DNA of 64,000 nucleotides from an uncultured Armatimonadetes bacterium (GCA_963716175.1 OY970296.1:2560001-2624000), one strand, 5' to 3'. Positions 18,030 through 28,387 are shown, numbered from the stretch's first letter. The notes: a model not told the origin generated them from the letters alone. Translations and numbers: made by a program.

Positions 18030-19211
18030 ATGCTGACAATTGGCCGAGCGGAAGCAGATGCCGCAGCGCGGGTGATCATGAGTGGGCGGTTGTTCCGGTT
18101 TGGCACGGGCAGCGAGTGCGCCAAGTTCGAGCGCGAGCTGGCGAAGAAGACCGGGACGAAGCATGCGCTCCTGGTGACCAGCGGAACGGGTGCGCTGATC
18201 TGTGGGTTGGCCGGGCTCGGGGTGGGACCGGGAGATGAGGTGATAGTGCCGGCCTACACCTTCATGGCCACCCCGGCGGCGGTGGTGGCGGTGGGGGCGA
18301 TCCCGGTGATAGCCGAAGTTGACGAGTCGCTGATGCTGGACGCCGCGGATACAGAGGCCAAGATCACACGGCGCACCAAGGCCATCATCCCGGTGCACAT
18401 GGTGGGGCTGACGGCGGATATGAATGGCATCATGCGAGTGGCGCGCCGGCACGGGGTCAAAGTGCTGGAGGACGGATGCCAGGCCGATGGCGGTTCCTAT
18501 CGGGGCAAGCGGCTGGGTTCGATCGGACATGTGGGGGCCTTCAGCTTCAACTACTACAAGAACATCACCTCCGGCGAGGGCGGCGCGGTCGTCACCAATG
18601 ACGACGCAGCCTACGAGCGCGCCATCATCATGCACGACCCGGGGACGGCCTTCCGCGCCCACCGCGCAGACTTGAGCATTGAGCCCTTCATCGGGATGGC
18701 ATTCCGCATGAACGAGATCCAGGCCGCGGTGCTGCGGGTTCAGCTCAAGCGAATAGACGGCCTGCTGGCGAAGCTGCGGGCTAACAAGAGGAAGATCGTG
18801 GCCGGGATCGCCGACACCGGGCTGACCCTGACCAAGAACAACGACGTGGAGGGGGACTGCGCCACCACGCTTGCCTTCACCTTCAAGACCCCGAAACAGG
18901 CGCGCACCTTCATCAGCTTGCTGGAGAAGCAGCGGGTAGGCGCCAGCACCCCGATAGACAGCGGGCGCCACGTCTACTCGAACTGGGATCCTATCCTGCA
19001 GCGGCGCGGGGCCCATCACAAGGCCATGAACCCCTACCTGCGGCCGCAGAACCGGGGCTCCAAGGTCAGGTACACGAAGACGATGTGCCCGCGGACCACG
19101 GACCTCCTCAGCAGGTCGGTGTTCACTGGCATCAGGCACAACTGGACGGCCGCGCAGTTGAAGCGGCGGATCAAGGCGATCGGGCAGGCCGCCGCCGGGA
19201 TGAAACTGTAA
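18030..19211 (+). CDS. DegT/DnrJ/EryC1/StrS PLP aminotransferase
   Basis: TSGTGAL, GVGPGDEVIVPAYTF, PVHMVG, EDGCQA, FSFNYYKNITSGEGG. Confidence 0.93.
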   Translation: MLTIGRAEADAAARVIMSGRLFRFGTGSECAKFERELAKKTGTKHALLVTSGTGALICGLAGLGVGPGDEVIVPAYTFMATPAAVVAVGAIPVIAEVDESLMLDAADTEAKITRRTKAIIPVHMVGLTADMNGIMRVARRHGVKVLEDGCQADGGSYRGKRLGSIGHVGAFSFNYYKNITSGEGGAVVTNDDAAYERAIIMHDPGTAFRAHRADLSIEPFIGMAFRMNEIQAAVLRVQLKRIDGLLAKLRANKRKIVAGIADTGLTLTKNNDVEGDCATTLAFTFKTPKQARTFISLLEKQRVGASTPIDSGRHVYSNWDPILQRRGAHHKAMNPYLRPQNRGSKVRYTKTMCPRTTDLLSRSVFTGIRHNWTAAQLKRRIKAIGQAAAGMKL

Positions 19212-19307
19212 GGTGGCGAGACCCGGCCCGCGGCCGGCCGCTGTGCGCGGGCTGTTGGGCAGGGCGCCCGAGGCGCCCTGCCCATGTGCTATGGGGGAGT
19301 GAGGGAT

Positions 19308-20432
19308 ATGAGGATCACCGACTGGACGGTGCACACGCCGGACCGCAACTATCACGTGTTTGTCGAGCTGCACACGGATGCCGGGGTCACCGGGTGGGGC
19401 TCGGCCTTCTCTCAGACCCCGCAGCTGGTGGGCGCGCTGGGGTGGCTGAAGCGATTCGTCGTGGGCGAGAATCCGCTTGAGATCGAGCGAGTGACCGAGA
19501 AGCTCCACCAGCTTACCTTCTGGCACGGACGCGGGGGCGCCATGACCCATGCCATCAGCGCCATCAACATCGCGCTCTGGGACCTGACCGGAAAGGCGCT
19601 GGGGCAGCCGGTGAGCGTGCTGCTCGGGGGTCGGTACCATCACGCGGTCCCGGCTTATGGTTCGGTGCTCTTCCATCCTGTGGACACTCTTCCTCAGCGG
19701 ATCGCGGCCATGAGGGAGCGGGGCTTTCGCGCGATGAAACTGGGATGGGACCCGTTTGGGCAGCAGAGCCTGGGCGAGGATGAGAAGCTGATCGAGACCG
19801 CGCGCCAGGCCGCGGGCGACGAGACCACGCTGCTGGTGGACGCGGGGGGCAGCAACCCATACTGGACGAACCGGCTCAAGGACGCGCTGGAACGGGCGAA
19901 GATGTTGGCCGACTACCGGGCCTACTGGTACGAGGAGCCGCTGCCGCCGGATGACCTCGACGGATATGTGCGGCTGACGGAACTCTCGCCCATCAAGATC
20001 GCCCATGGCGAGGTGCTGACCCGCCGCCAGTCGTTCGTCCCCTACTTCCGGCAGCGAGCCATGGACATCGTCCAGCCGGATGCCACGAAGGTCGGTGGGC
20101 TGTCGGAGGTGCGCCGCATCGGCTGGATGGCCGAGGAGCACGGCATCGAGCTGGTGCCCCATGGTTGGAACACCGCGCTCGGGGTGGCCGCTGACATCCA
20201 CCTGGTCTCCTCGCTCTACACCAGGTCGTTCGTCGAGTTCAACGTGGGCAATCCGATGGTGGAGGAGATCGTTGATCCTCCCCTCCGCTTGGACGAGAAC
20301 GGCTGCTTAGCGGTTCCGACCGGCCCTGGCCTGGGCGTGAACCTGGATCGGGAACGGCTGAGGCACTTCCAGGAGTCCGGCTTCTCCAGCGCCTCCTGGA
20401 CCTGGGAAGAGACCGGGCAGTTCGAGGCCTGA
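19308..20432 (+). CDS. Mandelate racemase/muconate lactonizing enzyme family (acid-sugar dehydratase-like)
   Basis: ALWDLTGKALGQPV..LLGG, KLGW, VDAG, YEEP, HGE, QPD, PHGW, GPGLGV. Confidence 0.92.
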   Translation: MRITDWTVHTPDRNYHVFVELHTDAGVTGWGSAFSQTPQLVGALGWLKRFVVGENPLEIERVTEKLHQLTFWHGRGGAMTHAISAINIALWDLTGKALGQPVSVLLGGRYHHAVPAYGSVLFHPVDTLPQRIAAMRERGFRAMKLGWDPFGQQSLGEDEKLIETARQAAGDETTLLVDAGGSNPYWTNRLKDALERAKMLADYRAYWYEEPLPPDDLDGYVRLTELSPIKIAHGEVLTRRQSFVPYFRQRAMDIVQPDATKVGGLSEVRRIGWMAEEHGIELVPHGWNTALGVAADIHLVSSLYTRSFVEFNVGNPMVEEIVDPPLRLDENGCLAVPTGPGLGVNLDRERLRHFQESGFSSASWTWEETGQFEA

Positions 20433-20468
20433 CCACCGGCCGCCGGAGGCGGCCCGAAGGGGGATGCC

Positions 20469-21422
20469 ATGCGCGTATTCGCTGTCATCAATGGCTACAC
20501 CGGTGCGCTCTGTCTGCGAGAGCTGATCGAGCAGGGACACGAGGTGGTGGGAGTGGTTACCGCAGCAGCGCACCGGCCCGGGGACCCCGAGGAGACTGTG
20601 ATCGGTGTCGCCGCGCGGCATCTGTTGCCGGTGTATATGCCTTCGGTTGATCTGGTCAAGGAGCCAGCGAGGGAATTCGTGGACCTGGTGCGTGCCGCGC
20701 GGCCCGATCTGATCGTCTCCATGCACTATCCAGCTATCTTCAAGCCGGTCCTCTTGGAGATCCCACCCCTGGGCTGCGTCAACATCCACCCGTCGAAGGT
20801 GCCGGAAGGACGGGGCATGACTCCCTCCTTCTGGTATCTCTATCTGGGCAGAGATACCGCCTGGACCGCGCTGCACTACCTGGACCCGGGTGTGGATTCA
20901 GGGGACGTGATCGCCCTTGCCTCTGTCCCCATCACCCATGACGATACCGGCGCCACCGTCTCGCGGAAGCTCTCCGAGGCCGCCTGGATGCTGTTTCGCG
21001 AGCATCTCCCGGCCATTGTGTCAGGGAAGGCGCCCCGCCAGAAGCAGGATCTCTCGCAGGGCAGCTACCTCCGTTCTGGTTTCGACTGGAACCTGATCCG
21101 ATGGTCGCGGGAGGCGCAGGGCATCCGGGGCCAGATCCGATGCTTCACCAACAGCGGAAGCCCGGCCTACACCTTCGTCAGCGGCGCCAAGCTTACCATC
21201 AATGATGCCGAGGTGGCGGCGGCCGAAGAGCGCGTTGCGGCGCACGAGGAAGCGGTGCCCGGCGAAGTGCTGGCGGCCATAGGCAAGGGCCCACTGGTGA
21301 AGACCGGAGACGGCCAGTTGGTGCTGACCGATTTCGCCCTGGAGGGTGGGTCGGCGGGCAGGCGAGACATGCCCGCCCTACAGATCCTCGTCGGGGGCCG
21401 GGCGCGGGTGGTGTTGGGCTGA
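20469..21422 (+). CDS. 10-formyl-THF-dependent formyltransferase (Fmt/ArnA-N-like)
   Basis: CVNIHPSKVPEGRG, HYLDPGVDSGD, C-terminal PGEV..VKTGDG. Confidence 0.88.
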   Translation: MRVFAVINGYTGALCLRELIEQGHEVVGVVTAAAHRPGDPEETVIGVAARHLLPVYMPSVDLVKEPAREFVDLVRAARPDLIVSMHYPAIFKPVLLEIPPLGCVNIHPSKVPEGRGMTPSFWYLYLGRDTAWTALHYLDPGVDSGDVIALASVPITHDDTGATVSRKLSEAAWMLFREHLPAIVSGKAPRQKQDLSQGSYLRSGFDWNLIRWSREAQGIRGQIRCFTNSGSPAYTFVSGAKLTINDAEVAAAEERVAAHEEAVPGEVLAAIGKGPLVKTGDGQLVLTDFALEGGSAGRRDMPALQILVGGRARVVLG

Positions 21423-21456
21423 GTCGTCTTGTAGGGCGGGCGTGCCCACGCCCGCC
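21353..21456. repeat. Two GTAG REPs, one inside the formyltransferase 3' end and one between convergent genes
   Basis: GGCGGGCAGGCGAGACATGCCCGCCCTAC (21353-21381) and GTAGGGCGGGCGTGCCCACGCCCGCC (21431-21456). Confidence 0.7.
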
Positions 21457-22272
21457 TCACAGCAGCGTGCCGGGCCGGGCGGCGAGGATGCGCTCGGCGT
21501 TGCCGTGCAAGATCGCGTGCCGGTCCTGGTCGGTAATGCGCGAGAAGCAGACCGAGCCGATCGCCCAGTGGGGATCGAACCAGGGGAGGTCTGTCCCGAA
21601 CAGGATCTTCTGCGCTCCCACTTCCTTGACCATGCGCTCGATGATACCGTTCACCCGGTAGGCAGCGCAAAGATCCAGGTGCACATTGTCGTGCTCTTTG
21701 GCGGCAGCAAAGGCTGGCTCCCATTCCCCGTATCCAGAGTGGCCCATGATGAAGGTGACGTGTGGGTACTTCTCGGCCAGGGGCGGGATCATACGTGGGC
21801 CATCATACTCGCTGTGGCCCCAGGTATGGGTCAGCACGATCAGCCTGTGCTCCTCAGCGTATTCCAGCGCCGGGGAGTAGCCCTCTCCGGTCAGCCGGTA
21901 GGAATGCTGATCCGGGTGGAACTTGAATCCCACGAAGCCCGGGTCCTGCGGGAAGCGATCCACCTCTCTGCGCGCAGGCTGGGGATAGTTCGGGTTCACC
22001 ACCCGATAGCCGTAGAACCGGCCGGGGTGATCTCTCACCACCTCCGCCATCTCCTGGTTGCCCCGCTCCTGGTCAACCAGCGCTGAATGCGAGCTGCAGG
22101 CAGTGGCGGAGACCCCACAGCGGTCCATGCTGTCCAGCATTCCCTGGGCATAGGGCTTCGGCAGATAGATGCCCCAGAAGGGCCCGTAGTGGCCGTGCAT
22201 GTCAATCACCGGGCAGCTCTCCGACCGGCCCCTGCTCAGAAACTCCTTCGCCAGCGCCGAGCTGTTGTTCAT
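21457..22272 (-). CDS. Amidohydrolase_2 family metallohydrolase
   Basis: IDMHGH, GFKFHP, HT, GHSG, LFGTDLP. Confidence 0.88.
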   Translation of the reverse strand: MNNSSALAKEFLSRGRSESCPVIDMHGHYGPFWGIYLPKPYAQGMLDSMDRCGVSATACSSHSALVDQERGNQEMAEVVRDHPGRFYGYRVVNPNYPQPARREVDRFPQDPGFVGFKFHPDQHSYRLTGEGYSPALEYAEEHRLIVLTHTWGHSEYDGPRMIPPLAEKYPHVTFIMGHSGYGEWEPAFAAAKEHDNVHLDLCAAYRVNGIIERMVKEVGAQKILFGTDLPWFDPHWAIGSVCFSRITDQDRHAILHGNAERILAARPGTLL

Positions 22273-23006
22273 AGCTTCACCTCCGCCAGCAGGCGGCGCA
22301 GGTTGCCTCCCGCGATCGCCACTCTGGCCTCGTCACTGATATCGGCCGTGGCCACCATCATCAGCGACCCGCCCATTTGCAGTTCCGGGAATCCGCTGCC
22401 ATAGACCAGCCGATCGGGGCCGTACTTCCTGACCGCGTCGGCTATGCCTCCATCGAGCGCGTAGTTCGATGTGTCCACGTGGAAGCCGGGGTAGTGCTCC
22501 AGCAGGGGCCGGTAATAGCGGTCCTCTCCCCAGCTCCCATGCCCGGTCACGATGACGACAAGCCGCGGGAATTCCGCCAGCAGAGCGGTGACGTTCCTCC
22601 AGTCCGGCCCCAGGATCAGCGGGATGCGGCGCGTGATCATCTCCTCCAGCAGCGGCCCGAAAGTGAGACCGTTCAGCAGATAACGGTGCTGCTCGGGATA
22701 GGCGATGAGCGCTTTCACGCCCTGCTTCCGCATTCCCTCCAACCATTCCGCCACAGTCCCCATCTCCCCCGTCTGCGGCGGCAGGATGGCCCAGGCCGGA
22801 TGCAGGCGCGGCAGGCCACGCGTCTCCCCCACCACCAGGCGATTCCCGGCTTGCGCCGACTCGTCCCGCATGGCGGCATGCCAGACCAGGGCCGCCGCCA
22901 CGCCGCAGGAATCCATCTCCTTCAGCAGTTCCTGGGCGGTGGCCGCGAAGGGCCCCGGCGGCACTCGCGCCACCCCGAAGCCGATGTTGCAGTCAAACCA
23001 TTCCAT
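22269..23006 (-). CDS. Amidohydrolase-like protein with degenerate metal site
   Basis: FDCNIGFG in place of DxHxH, RLVYGSGFP, IAGGNL; 4-nt overlap with partner gene. Confidence 0.8.
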   Translation of the reverse strand: MEWFDCNIGFGVARVPPGPFAATAQELLKEMDSCGVAAALVWHAAMRDESAQAGNRLVVGETRGLPRLHPAWAILPPQTGEMGTVAEWLEGMRKQGVKALIAYPEQHRYLLNGLTFGPLLEEMITRRIPLILGPDWRNVTALLAEFPRLVVIVTGHGSWGEDRYYRPLLEHYPGFHVDTSNYALDGGIADAVRKYGPDRLVYGSGFPELQMGGSLMMVATADISDEARVAIAGGNLRRLLAEVKL

Positions 23007-23048
23007 GCTCGCTCCTGCTTGGCGGCGGGCCTGGGCTTGTCCGCCTCT

Positions 23049-23068
23049 GGCGGCGATGCCCGCCCTAC
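23049..23068 (-). repeat. GTAG REP
   Basis: GGCGGCGATGCCCGCCCTAC. Confidence 0.6.
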
Positions 23069-23292
23069 AGGTCCCATGTTTTCCGCAAACGCCGGCGGGA
23101 ACCCTTCGCTTTCACTCGCGGCGCGCTCTTCGGCTTCGCGGAGGGCAGGCCTCGGCGGCCGCTCGCGAGCACGTTGCCTGGCCACTCGATCTGCTGTAAA
23201 CTGGAAGACGCACGAGCGGATCGCCCAATGGCTGTGTGCTGTTCTGGCTGCTTCGCCCGGCCGTAAGGTTCACGAGAGGAGAAGAGATTGGC

Positions 23293-25116
23293 GTGAACTC
23301 CCTCACTCTGCTGATCGCTGCCGCCTGCTGCTTCGTGCTGGGCTATCGCTACTACTCGGCTTTTCTGGCCGCCCGGGTGGCGATGGTGGACCCAGACAGG
23401 CCAACGCCCGCGCACCAGTTGGAAGATGGCAAGGACTACGTGCCCACGAACCGCTACGTCTTGTTCGGGCATCACTTCGCCGCCATCTCCGGGGCCGGTC
23501 CTCTCATCGGGCCGGTGCTGGCTGCGCAGTGGGGGGTGTTGCCCGGCGCCATCTGGATCGTGGTGGGAGCGGTGCTGGCGGGGGCCGTGCACGACTTCAT
23601 CATCCTGGTGGCCTCCGTGCGCTGCCGGGGCATGTCTCTCTCTGAGATCGCCGGCGCGCATATCGGCCCCACGGCGCGGATCATCACCAGCGTCGCCATC
23701 CTCTTCATCATCACCACCGCGCTGGCGGGCCTGGCGATCTCGGTGGTGAAAGCTCTTGCCGACAGCGCGTGGGGCACCTTCTCCATCGCCTGCACTATCC
23801 CCATCGCCCTGCTGGTGGGGCTGTACCTGCACGTGCTGCGGCCGGGCAAAGTGGCCGAAGCGAGCGTCATCGGGGTAAGCCTGATGGTGGCCGCGGTGGT
23901 GTTCGGGGCCCAGGTGCCTCACACTTCCTGGGGACAGCACTTCCTCCTGACCGAGACGCAGCTCAAGCTGCTGCTCCCGACGTACGGCTTCATCGCCTCG
24001 GTGCTGCCGGTGTGGATGCTGCTTTGCCCGCGCGACTACCTGAGTTCTTACATGAAGATAGGCACCATCGCGCTGCTGGCAGTGGGGATCGCGCTGGTGC
24101 ACCCGCAGTTGCGCATGCCGCTGACCACTGACTTCCTGCGCGGAGGTGGAGTGGTGGTCCCCGGGACGGTGTGGCCCTTCGTCTGCATCACCATCATGTG
24201 CGGTGCGATCTCTGGATTCCATGCCCTGATCGCCTCGGGCACCACCCCCAAGATGATCAGCTCCGAGGGGGATCTCCGGTTCATCGGGTATGGCGCCATG
24301 CTGATGGAGGGCTTCGTCGCCATCACCGCCCTGATCGCGGCCTCCTCGCTGCTCCCTTACGACTACTTCGCGATCAATGCCAGGTCCACGGCCCTCATCC
24401 CCGGCTGGGCCGGAACCGGAGGCAATCTGCAAGCGCTGACCGGCATGGTGGGGGAGCAGCGGCTGGTGGGCCGCACCGGGGGCGCGGTCTCGCTGGCTGT
24501 CGGCATGGCCCAGATCTTCTCTGGCATCCCCGGCATGCGCGGCCTGATGGCCTACTGGTATCACTTCGCCATCATGTTCGAGGCCCTGTTCATCCTCACT
24601 GCGGTGGACACTGGCACCCGGGTGGCCCGCTTCATCGTGCACGAGTTCCTCCGCCTGCGCCGGGCCGCCGCCTCCACCGCCGGCCCTGCTGGCTACGGCG
24701 TCATCATCCTCACCAGTGGGGTGGCCTGCTTCTTCTGGGGCTATCTGCTCTACGGCAACGACATCATGAGCATCTGGCCCATGTTTGGCATCGCCAACCA
24801 GTTGCTGGCCGCGATCGCGCTCGCCATCGGCACCACCGTGATCCTGCGGACCACCGCTCACAAGTACGCTCTCACCACCGCCTTGCCGCTGGCTTTCGTG
24901 CTGGTCACAACCCTGTACGCAGGGGAGCTGAACGTCACGCAGAACTACCTGCCGCAGCGATCCTACCTCAACGCGGGACTCACCCTGGCGATGATGGTGA
25001 TGGCGGTGCTGATCACGCTGGATTCGGTCCGGGTCTGGGTGAAGATCCTCGTCGGCAAGGAGGTTCCCGCCGTGCCGGAGCCTGCGGCCGAGCCCGCCTC
25101 CGGCGGCGCCTCCTGA
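23293..25116 (+). CDS. cstA: Carbon starvation protein A (pyruvate/peptide transporter)
   Basis: DGKDYVPT, FGHHFAAISGAGPLIGP, PRDYLS, CGAISGFH..SGTTPK, WPMFGIANQLLA. Confidence 0.95.
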   Translation: MNSLTLLIAAACCFVLGYRYYSAFLAARVAMVDPDRPTPAHQLEDGKDYVPTNRYVLFGHHFAAISGAGPLIGPVLAAQWGVLPGAIWIVVGAVLAGAVHDFIILVASVRCRGMSLSEIAGAHIGPTARIITSVAILFIITTALAGLAISVVKALADSAWGTFSIACTIPIALLVGLYLHVLRPGKVAEASVIGVSLMVAAVVFGAQVPHTSWGQHFLLTETQLKLLLPTYGFIASVLPVWMLLCPRDYLSSYMKIGTIALLAVGIALVHPQLRMPLTTDFLRGGGVVVPGTVWPFVCITIMCGAISGFHALIASGTTPKMISSEGDLRFIGYGAMLMEGFVAITALIAASSLLPYDYFAINARSTALIPGWAGTGGNLQALTGMVGEQRLVGRTGGAVSLAVGMAQIFSGIPGMRGLMAYWYHFAIMFEALFILTAVDTGTRVARFIVHEFLRLRRAAASTAGPAGYGVIILTSGVACFFWGYLLYGNDIMSIWPMFGIANQLLAAIALAIGTTVILRTTAHKYALTTALPLAFVLVTTLYAGELNVTQNYLPQRSYLNAGLTLAMMVMAVLITLDSVRVWVKILVGKEVPAVPEPAAEPASGGAS

Positions 25117-25182
25117 TTGCGCCCGCCATCTGTTGGGCAGGAGCCGGCCTCCTGCCTGTCGTTGGACGGCAGGTATCGGTCT

Positions 25183-25212
25183 GTAGGGCGGGCGCGTCTT
25201 CGCATGCCCGCC
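25183..25212 (+). repeat. GTAG REP
   Basis: GTAGGGCGGGCGCGTCTTCGCATGCCCGCC. Confidence 0.7.
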
Positions 25213-25238
25213 GTCGCACCAAGCTCAGAGGAGTCGCC

Positions 25239-26126
25239 ATGCTCGTGCTTCGCGTTCTCGTGCTGTCGTGCGGATTGCTTATCAGCGCGCCGCTGCTCAC
25301 CTTGGCCTTTGCTCGGCCGGCCGACGATGTCGAGCGTCTGGTGCTCATTGACGGCCGGTCACTGGACGGCTGGGAAGCCGAGGAGGCAACGCTCACTCCG
25401 ATGGTCGTGGAGGGGACGCCCGCCCTTGCTTTCCGCGTGGTTGTCAACTGGCACGAGGGGGAGGCTCGCTATCCCATCGGCTGGCCCAGGATCGGGAAGA
25501 GCGTGCCGGAGGGCCAGGGGGATTGGTCAGCATGGGAGCAGATGCGGCTGAGGGTCCGCGCGGAAGCAAGCGTTGATGCTCTGCCCTACCAGCCACTCGG
25601 CGTCTCGCTCAGCACCGGTGGCGGCAACGCGAACTGGGAAAGAGAGGCCGAAGGTTTGCGCAAGGATCAGTGGATGGAGTTCACGTTCGACCTCAGCGAC
25701 GTTCCGCAGCGAGAGCGCGTGGATCACGTCGGGCTCTTCATCTCGGAAGCGGACTATCCCGACGGCGCCGAGCTCCAGTTCGGCATCGCGGATCTCGAAC
25801 TGGTGCGGTATCGGCGCCCTACGCTCGTGGGCCTGGAGCCGCTGGCGAGGGTGGCTTTCGCCGATGCCAAGGCGCTGCCCCTGGCGGTGAAGATGTACGG
25901 CCTGTCGGCGGGTGCGACAGCCCCAGTGCAGATCATGCTGCGCCAGGGCCAAAGGGTTGTTACCGAAGACCGGCTCCAGGCGCAGGAGGGCAGCACACAG
26001 CTTTCGCTGTCCCTGCCCGCCGGCCTGGCGCCGGGTGGCTACTCGCTCGTGGTCAGCGGCGGAGGCCGGGAGTTTTCCGAGGCGATCAAGCTGGCGGCCT
26101 CGCCCTGGAAGGAAGGTAGACGATGA
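25239..26126 (+). CDS. Secreted hypothetical protein (possible CBM-like + Ig-like domains)
   Basis: Signal-peptide-like N-terminus after GAGGAG; Trp-rich beta-type sequence (DWSAWEQMRL, KDQWMEFTFDL); ATGA-coupled to next gene. Confidence 0.7.
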   Translation: MLVLRVLVLSCGLLISAPLLTLAFARPADDVERLVLIDGRSLDGWEAEEATLTPMVVEGTPALAFRVVVNWHEGEARYPIGWPRIGKSVPEGQGDWSAWEQMRLRVRAEASVDALPYQPLGVSLSTGGGNANWEREAEGLRKDQWMEFTFDLSDVPQRERVDHVGLFISEADYPDGAELQFGIADLELVRYRRPTLVGLEPLARVAFADAKALPLAVKMYGLSAGATAPVQIMLRQGQRVVTEDRLQAQEGSTQLSLSLPAGLAPGGYSLVVSGGGREFSEAIKLAASPWKEGRR

Positions 26127-28387
26127 AGGCCCTGCTGCTGGCTCTCTTTGCGCTCGCCCTCAGCCCCCTGATGACAGGCCCGGCCGCAGCCCAGGTCCTG
26201 ATCTTCGATTTCGGCAGCGACAAGTCGGCCCTGTGGCCAGGAGCAGAGAGGGTGGCGGCCGCCCACCCAGGCTGGCGCTCGCCCAAAGGCCTGGAGGAAT
26301 ACGACGCGCCCGGCACTGGTGATCCCATCTGGACCAATGCCCTCGACCAAGACTGCATCATGGACGCGCAGCCGAATAGCTTCGGCTTCCCCGCGGCCGC
26401 GGGCCAGTGGAAGGTCTATGTCCTGTCCGGGATTGGCGGCCGCTGGGATGGGGACAATTCCCAATACTGGGATTTCGACATCACGGTGGGGCAGGAGACC
26501 CGGCGCTGCCAGATCGAGGCCCCGCAATGGAGCGGCCCGTTCCGATTTGAGCATCATGTCTTCTCGGCCGCCTCCGATGGCCGGATTGACGTGAAGCTGA
26601 GCCCGCGAAGCAAGTGGACCGTGTGCGGCCTGATCGCCTGGCAGCCCGGGGACGAAAGTGCTGCCCAGCGGCTCGTCGAGCAGGTCGAGCGCTGGGCCCC
26701 GGAGGAAGAGATCGCCAAATGGAAAGAGGATGTGCGACCGCCGGCCGGACCCGAGCCTGCGATCAGCGCGGCTGACCGGGAGCGCGGTTTTCTGGTGTGG
26801 CATCGCCACTGGGCAACTCCCATCTACCCCTGGACCAACCCGACGCCTGGTGAGCTGGACCCCACGCTCCGTGTCTTTGCGGCCCCGGGCGAATACGAGC
26901 CCATCACCTTCACCGTGCGGCCGCTTAGCGATATCCGCCGCGCCGAAGTGAAGGTGGCCGACCTGGGCCCGGTGCCCGCGCGCGAGATCGAGACGCGCAA
27001 GGTGCGCTACCTCAGGGCCCGGCCCAATTACGATCGGCGTGGTCTCTATCGCATCGTCCCCGATGTCCTGGACCGCTGGCAGGGCGGGCCGCTGGCGGCC
27101 GGCGAGAACGCTACCTTCTGGCTGACCCTGCACGTGCCGGATGAGGCGCCGCCGGGACTCTATCGCGGCCACCTCGAGTTCGTCGCCGACGGCCACGCAG
27201 TCGAGCTGCCTCTGCTGCTCCGCATTCTCGACGTGCGGCTGGAGGAGGACCCGGCGCATACCTACGGCATCTACTACAACAATCCCCTCTCCCGGGTGGA
27301 GGGCGCGCCGGACGAATGCTCTCGCCAGCACTGGCAGCGGAAGTCGGAGCTGGAGCACGCAGATATGGCGGCGCATGGCACGCGGAACGTGACCCTGGAC
27401 TGCTGGTCCGGGCCGGCCGACGCGCAGGGGAAGTTCAACGTGGCCGAGGCGTTTGGGCTGCTCGAGGCCGAGCTGGAGATGGCGCAGCGTTTCGGGTTCC
27501 AGCCGCCTTACGTCTGCAGCATCAACTCTGAGTCGGTCTATGAGAAGCACATGAAGCAGCCGCTGAAGGAGCACTTGCAGGGAGTGCAGATGCCCCCCGA
27601 TGCCTGCTTCGCCGAGATCACCGCCATGGTGCGGGCGATCGAGGAAGAGCGGAAACGCCGGGGATGGCCCGAGTTCGTCTATCAGCCTTACGACGAGCCC
27701 AATTCGGACCCGGAGGTGGTGCAGTTCATGGTCCGACTCTTCCAGGCCGTCAAGGCCGCGGGGGTTCGCACCTATACCACCGCCTCCCCGGAGAAGCCGG
27801 GCTACCAGCCGTTCAAGCCATTCGTTGATGTCTGGTGCACCCAGACCTTCCTGCCAGAACACGACGCGGTGGTGGCCGATATGAAGGCCCGCGGTGTGGA
27901 GTACTGGTGCTATCCCAACGATATCTCCGGGGAGAATGACCACACCCCTGTCGCCGGCGCTCGCATGACCTATGGCTTTGGCTTCTGGCGCTCGGGCTTC
28001 AGGCGGCTGATCCCGTGGATGTACCAGGACATCACCGGCGACCCGTTCAACTACCTCGATGGGCGGATGCAGGACTTCATGGTCCGCAGCGAACCCGACG
28101 GGACCCCGATCCCGGTCGCACTCTGGGAGGCCTACCGGGAGGGCTACGACGACCTGCGCTACATCTACAGCCTGCAGCAGGCCATCGCGCGGGCCAAGGT
28201 GTCGCCGTCAGCAGAGGTGCGGCAGGAGGCGGCCCAGGCCGAGAAGGCCCTGGATTCGATCTGGAACGCCATTCCCGTGCGCCCTCAATACCAGTACCGC
28301 GGGTTCTGGTCGCCCGAGGAAATGGACGTCCACCGCTGGCTGATCGCGGAACGGCTGGAGCGGCTGACCAAGCTGCTGCGCCTGTAG
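26123..28387 (+). CDS. Secreted glycoside-hydrolase-like protein (DUF4091/GH123-like C-terminus)
   Basis: Signal peptide, PGEYEP, FWLTLHVP..PGLYRG, YDEP, WEAYREGYDDLRY. Confidence 0.7.
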   Translation: MKALLLALFALALSPLMTGPAAAQVLIFDFGSDKSALWPGAERVAAAHPGWRSPKGLEEYDAPGTGDPIWTNALDQDCIMDAQPNSFGFPAAAGQWKVYVLSGIGGRWDGDNSQYWDFDITVGQETRRCQIEAPQWSGPFRFEHHVFSAASDGRIDVKLSPRSKWTVCGLIAWQPGDESAAQRLVEQVERWAPEEEIAKWKEDVRPPAGPEPAISAADRERGFLVWHRHWATPIYPWTNPTPGELDPTLRVFAAPGEYEPITFTVRPLSDIRRAEVKVADLGPVPAREIETRKVRYLRARPNYDRRGLYRIVPDVLDRWQGGPLAAGENATFWLTLHVPDEAPPGLYRGHLEFVADGHAVELPLLLRILDVRLEEDPAHTYGIYYNNPLSRVEGAPDECSRQHWQRKSELEHADMAAHGTRNVTLDCWSGPADAQGKFNVAEAFGLLEAELEMAQRFGFQPPYVCSINSESVYEKHMKQPLKEHLQGVQMPPDACFAEITAMVRAIEEERKRRGWPEFVYQPYDEPNSDPEVVQFMVRLFQAVKAAGVRTYTTASPEKPGYQPFKPFVDVWCTQTFLPEHDAVVADMKARGVEYWCYPNDISGENDHTPVAGARMTYGFGFWRSGFRRLIPWMYQDITGDPFNYLDGRMQDFMVRSEPDGTPIPVALWEAYREGYDDLRYIYSLQQAIARAKVSPSAEVRQEAAQAEKALDSIWNAIPVRPQYQYRGFWSPEEMDVHRWLIAERLERLTKLLRL

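Noticed and set aside
17724-20201. Long antisense ORFs (825 aa here; also 1317-2885, 14886-16643, 23065-24861, 26039-27943, 54995-56953)
   Set aside because: Shadows of real genes in high-GC3 DNA, with no recognisable motifs
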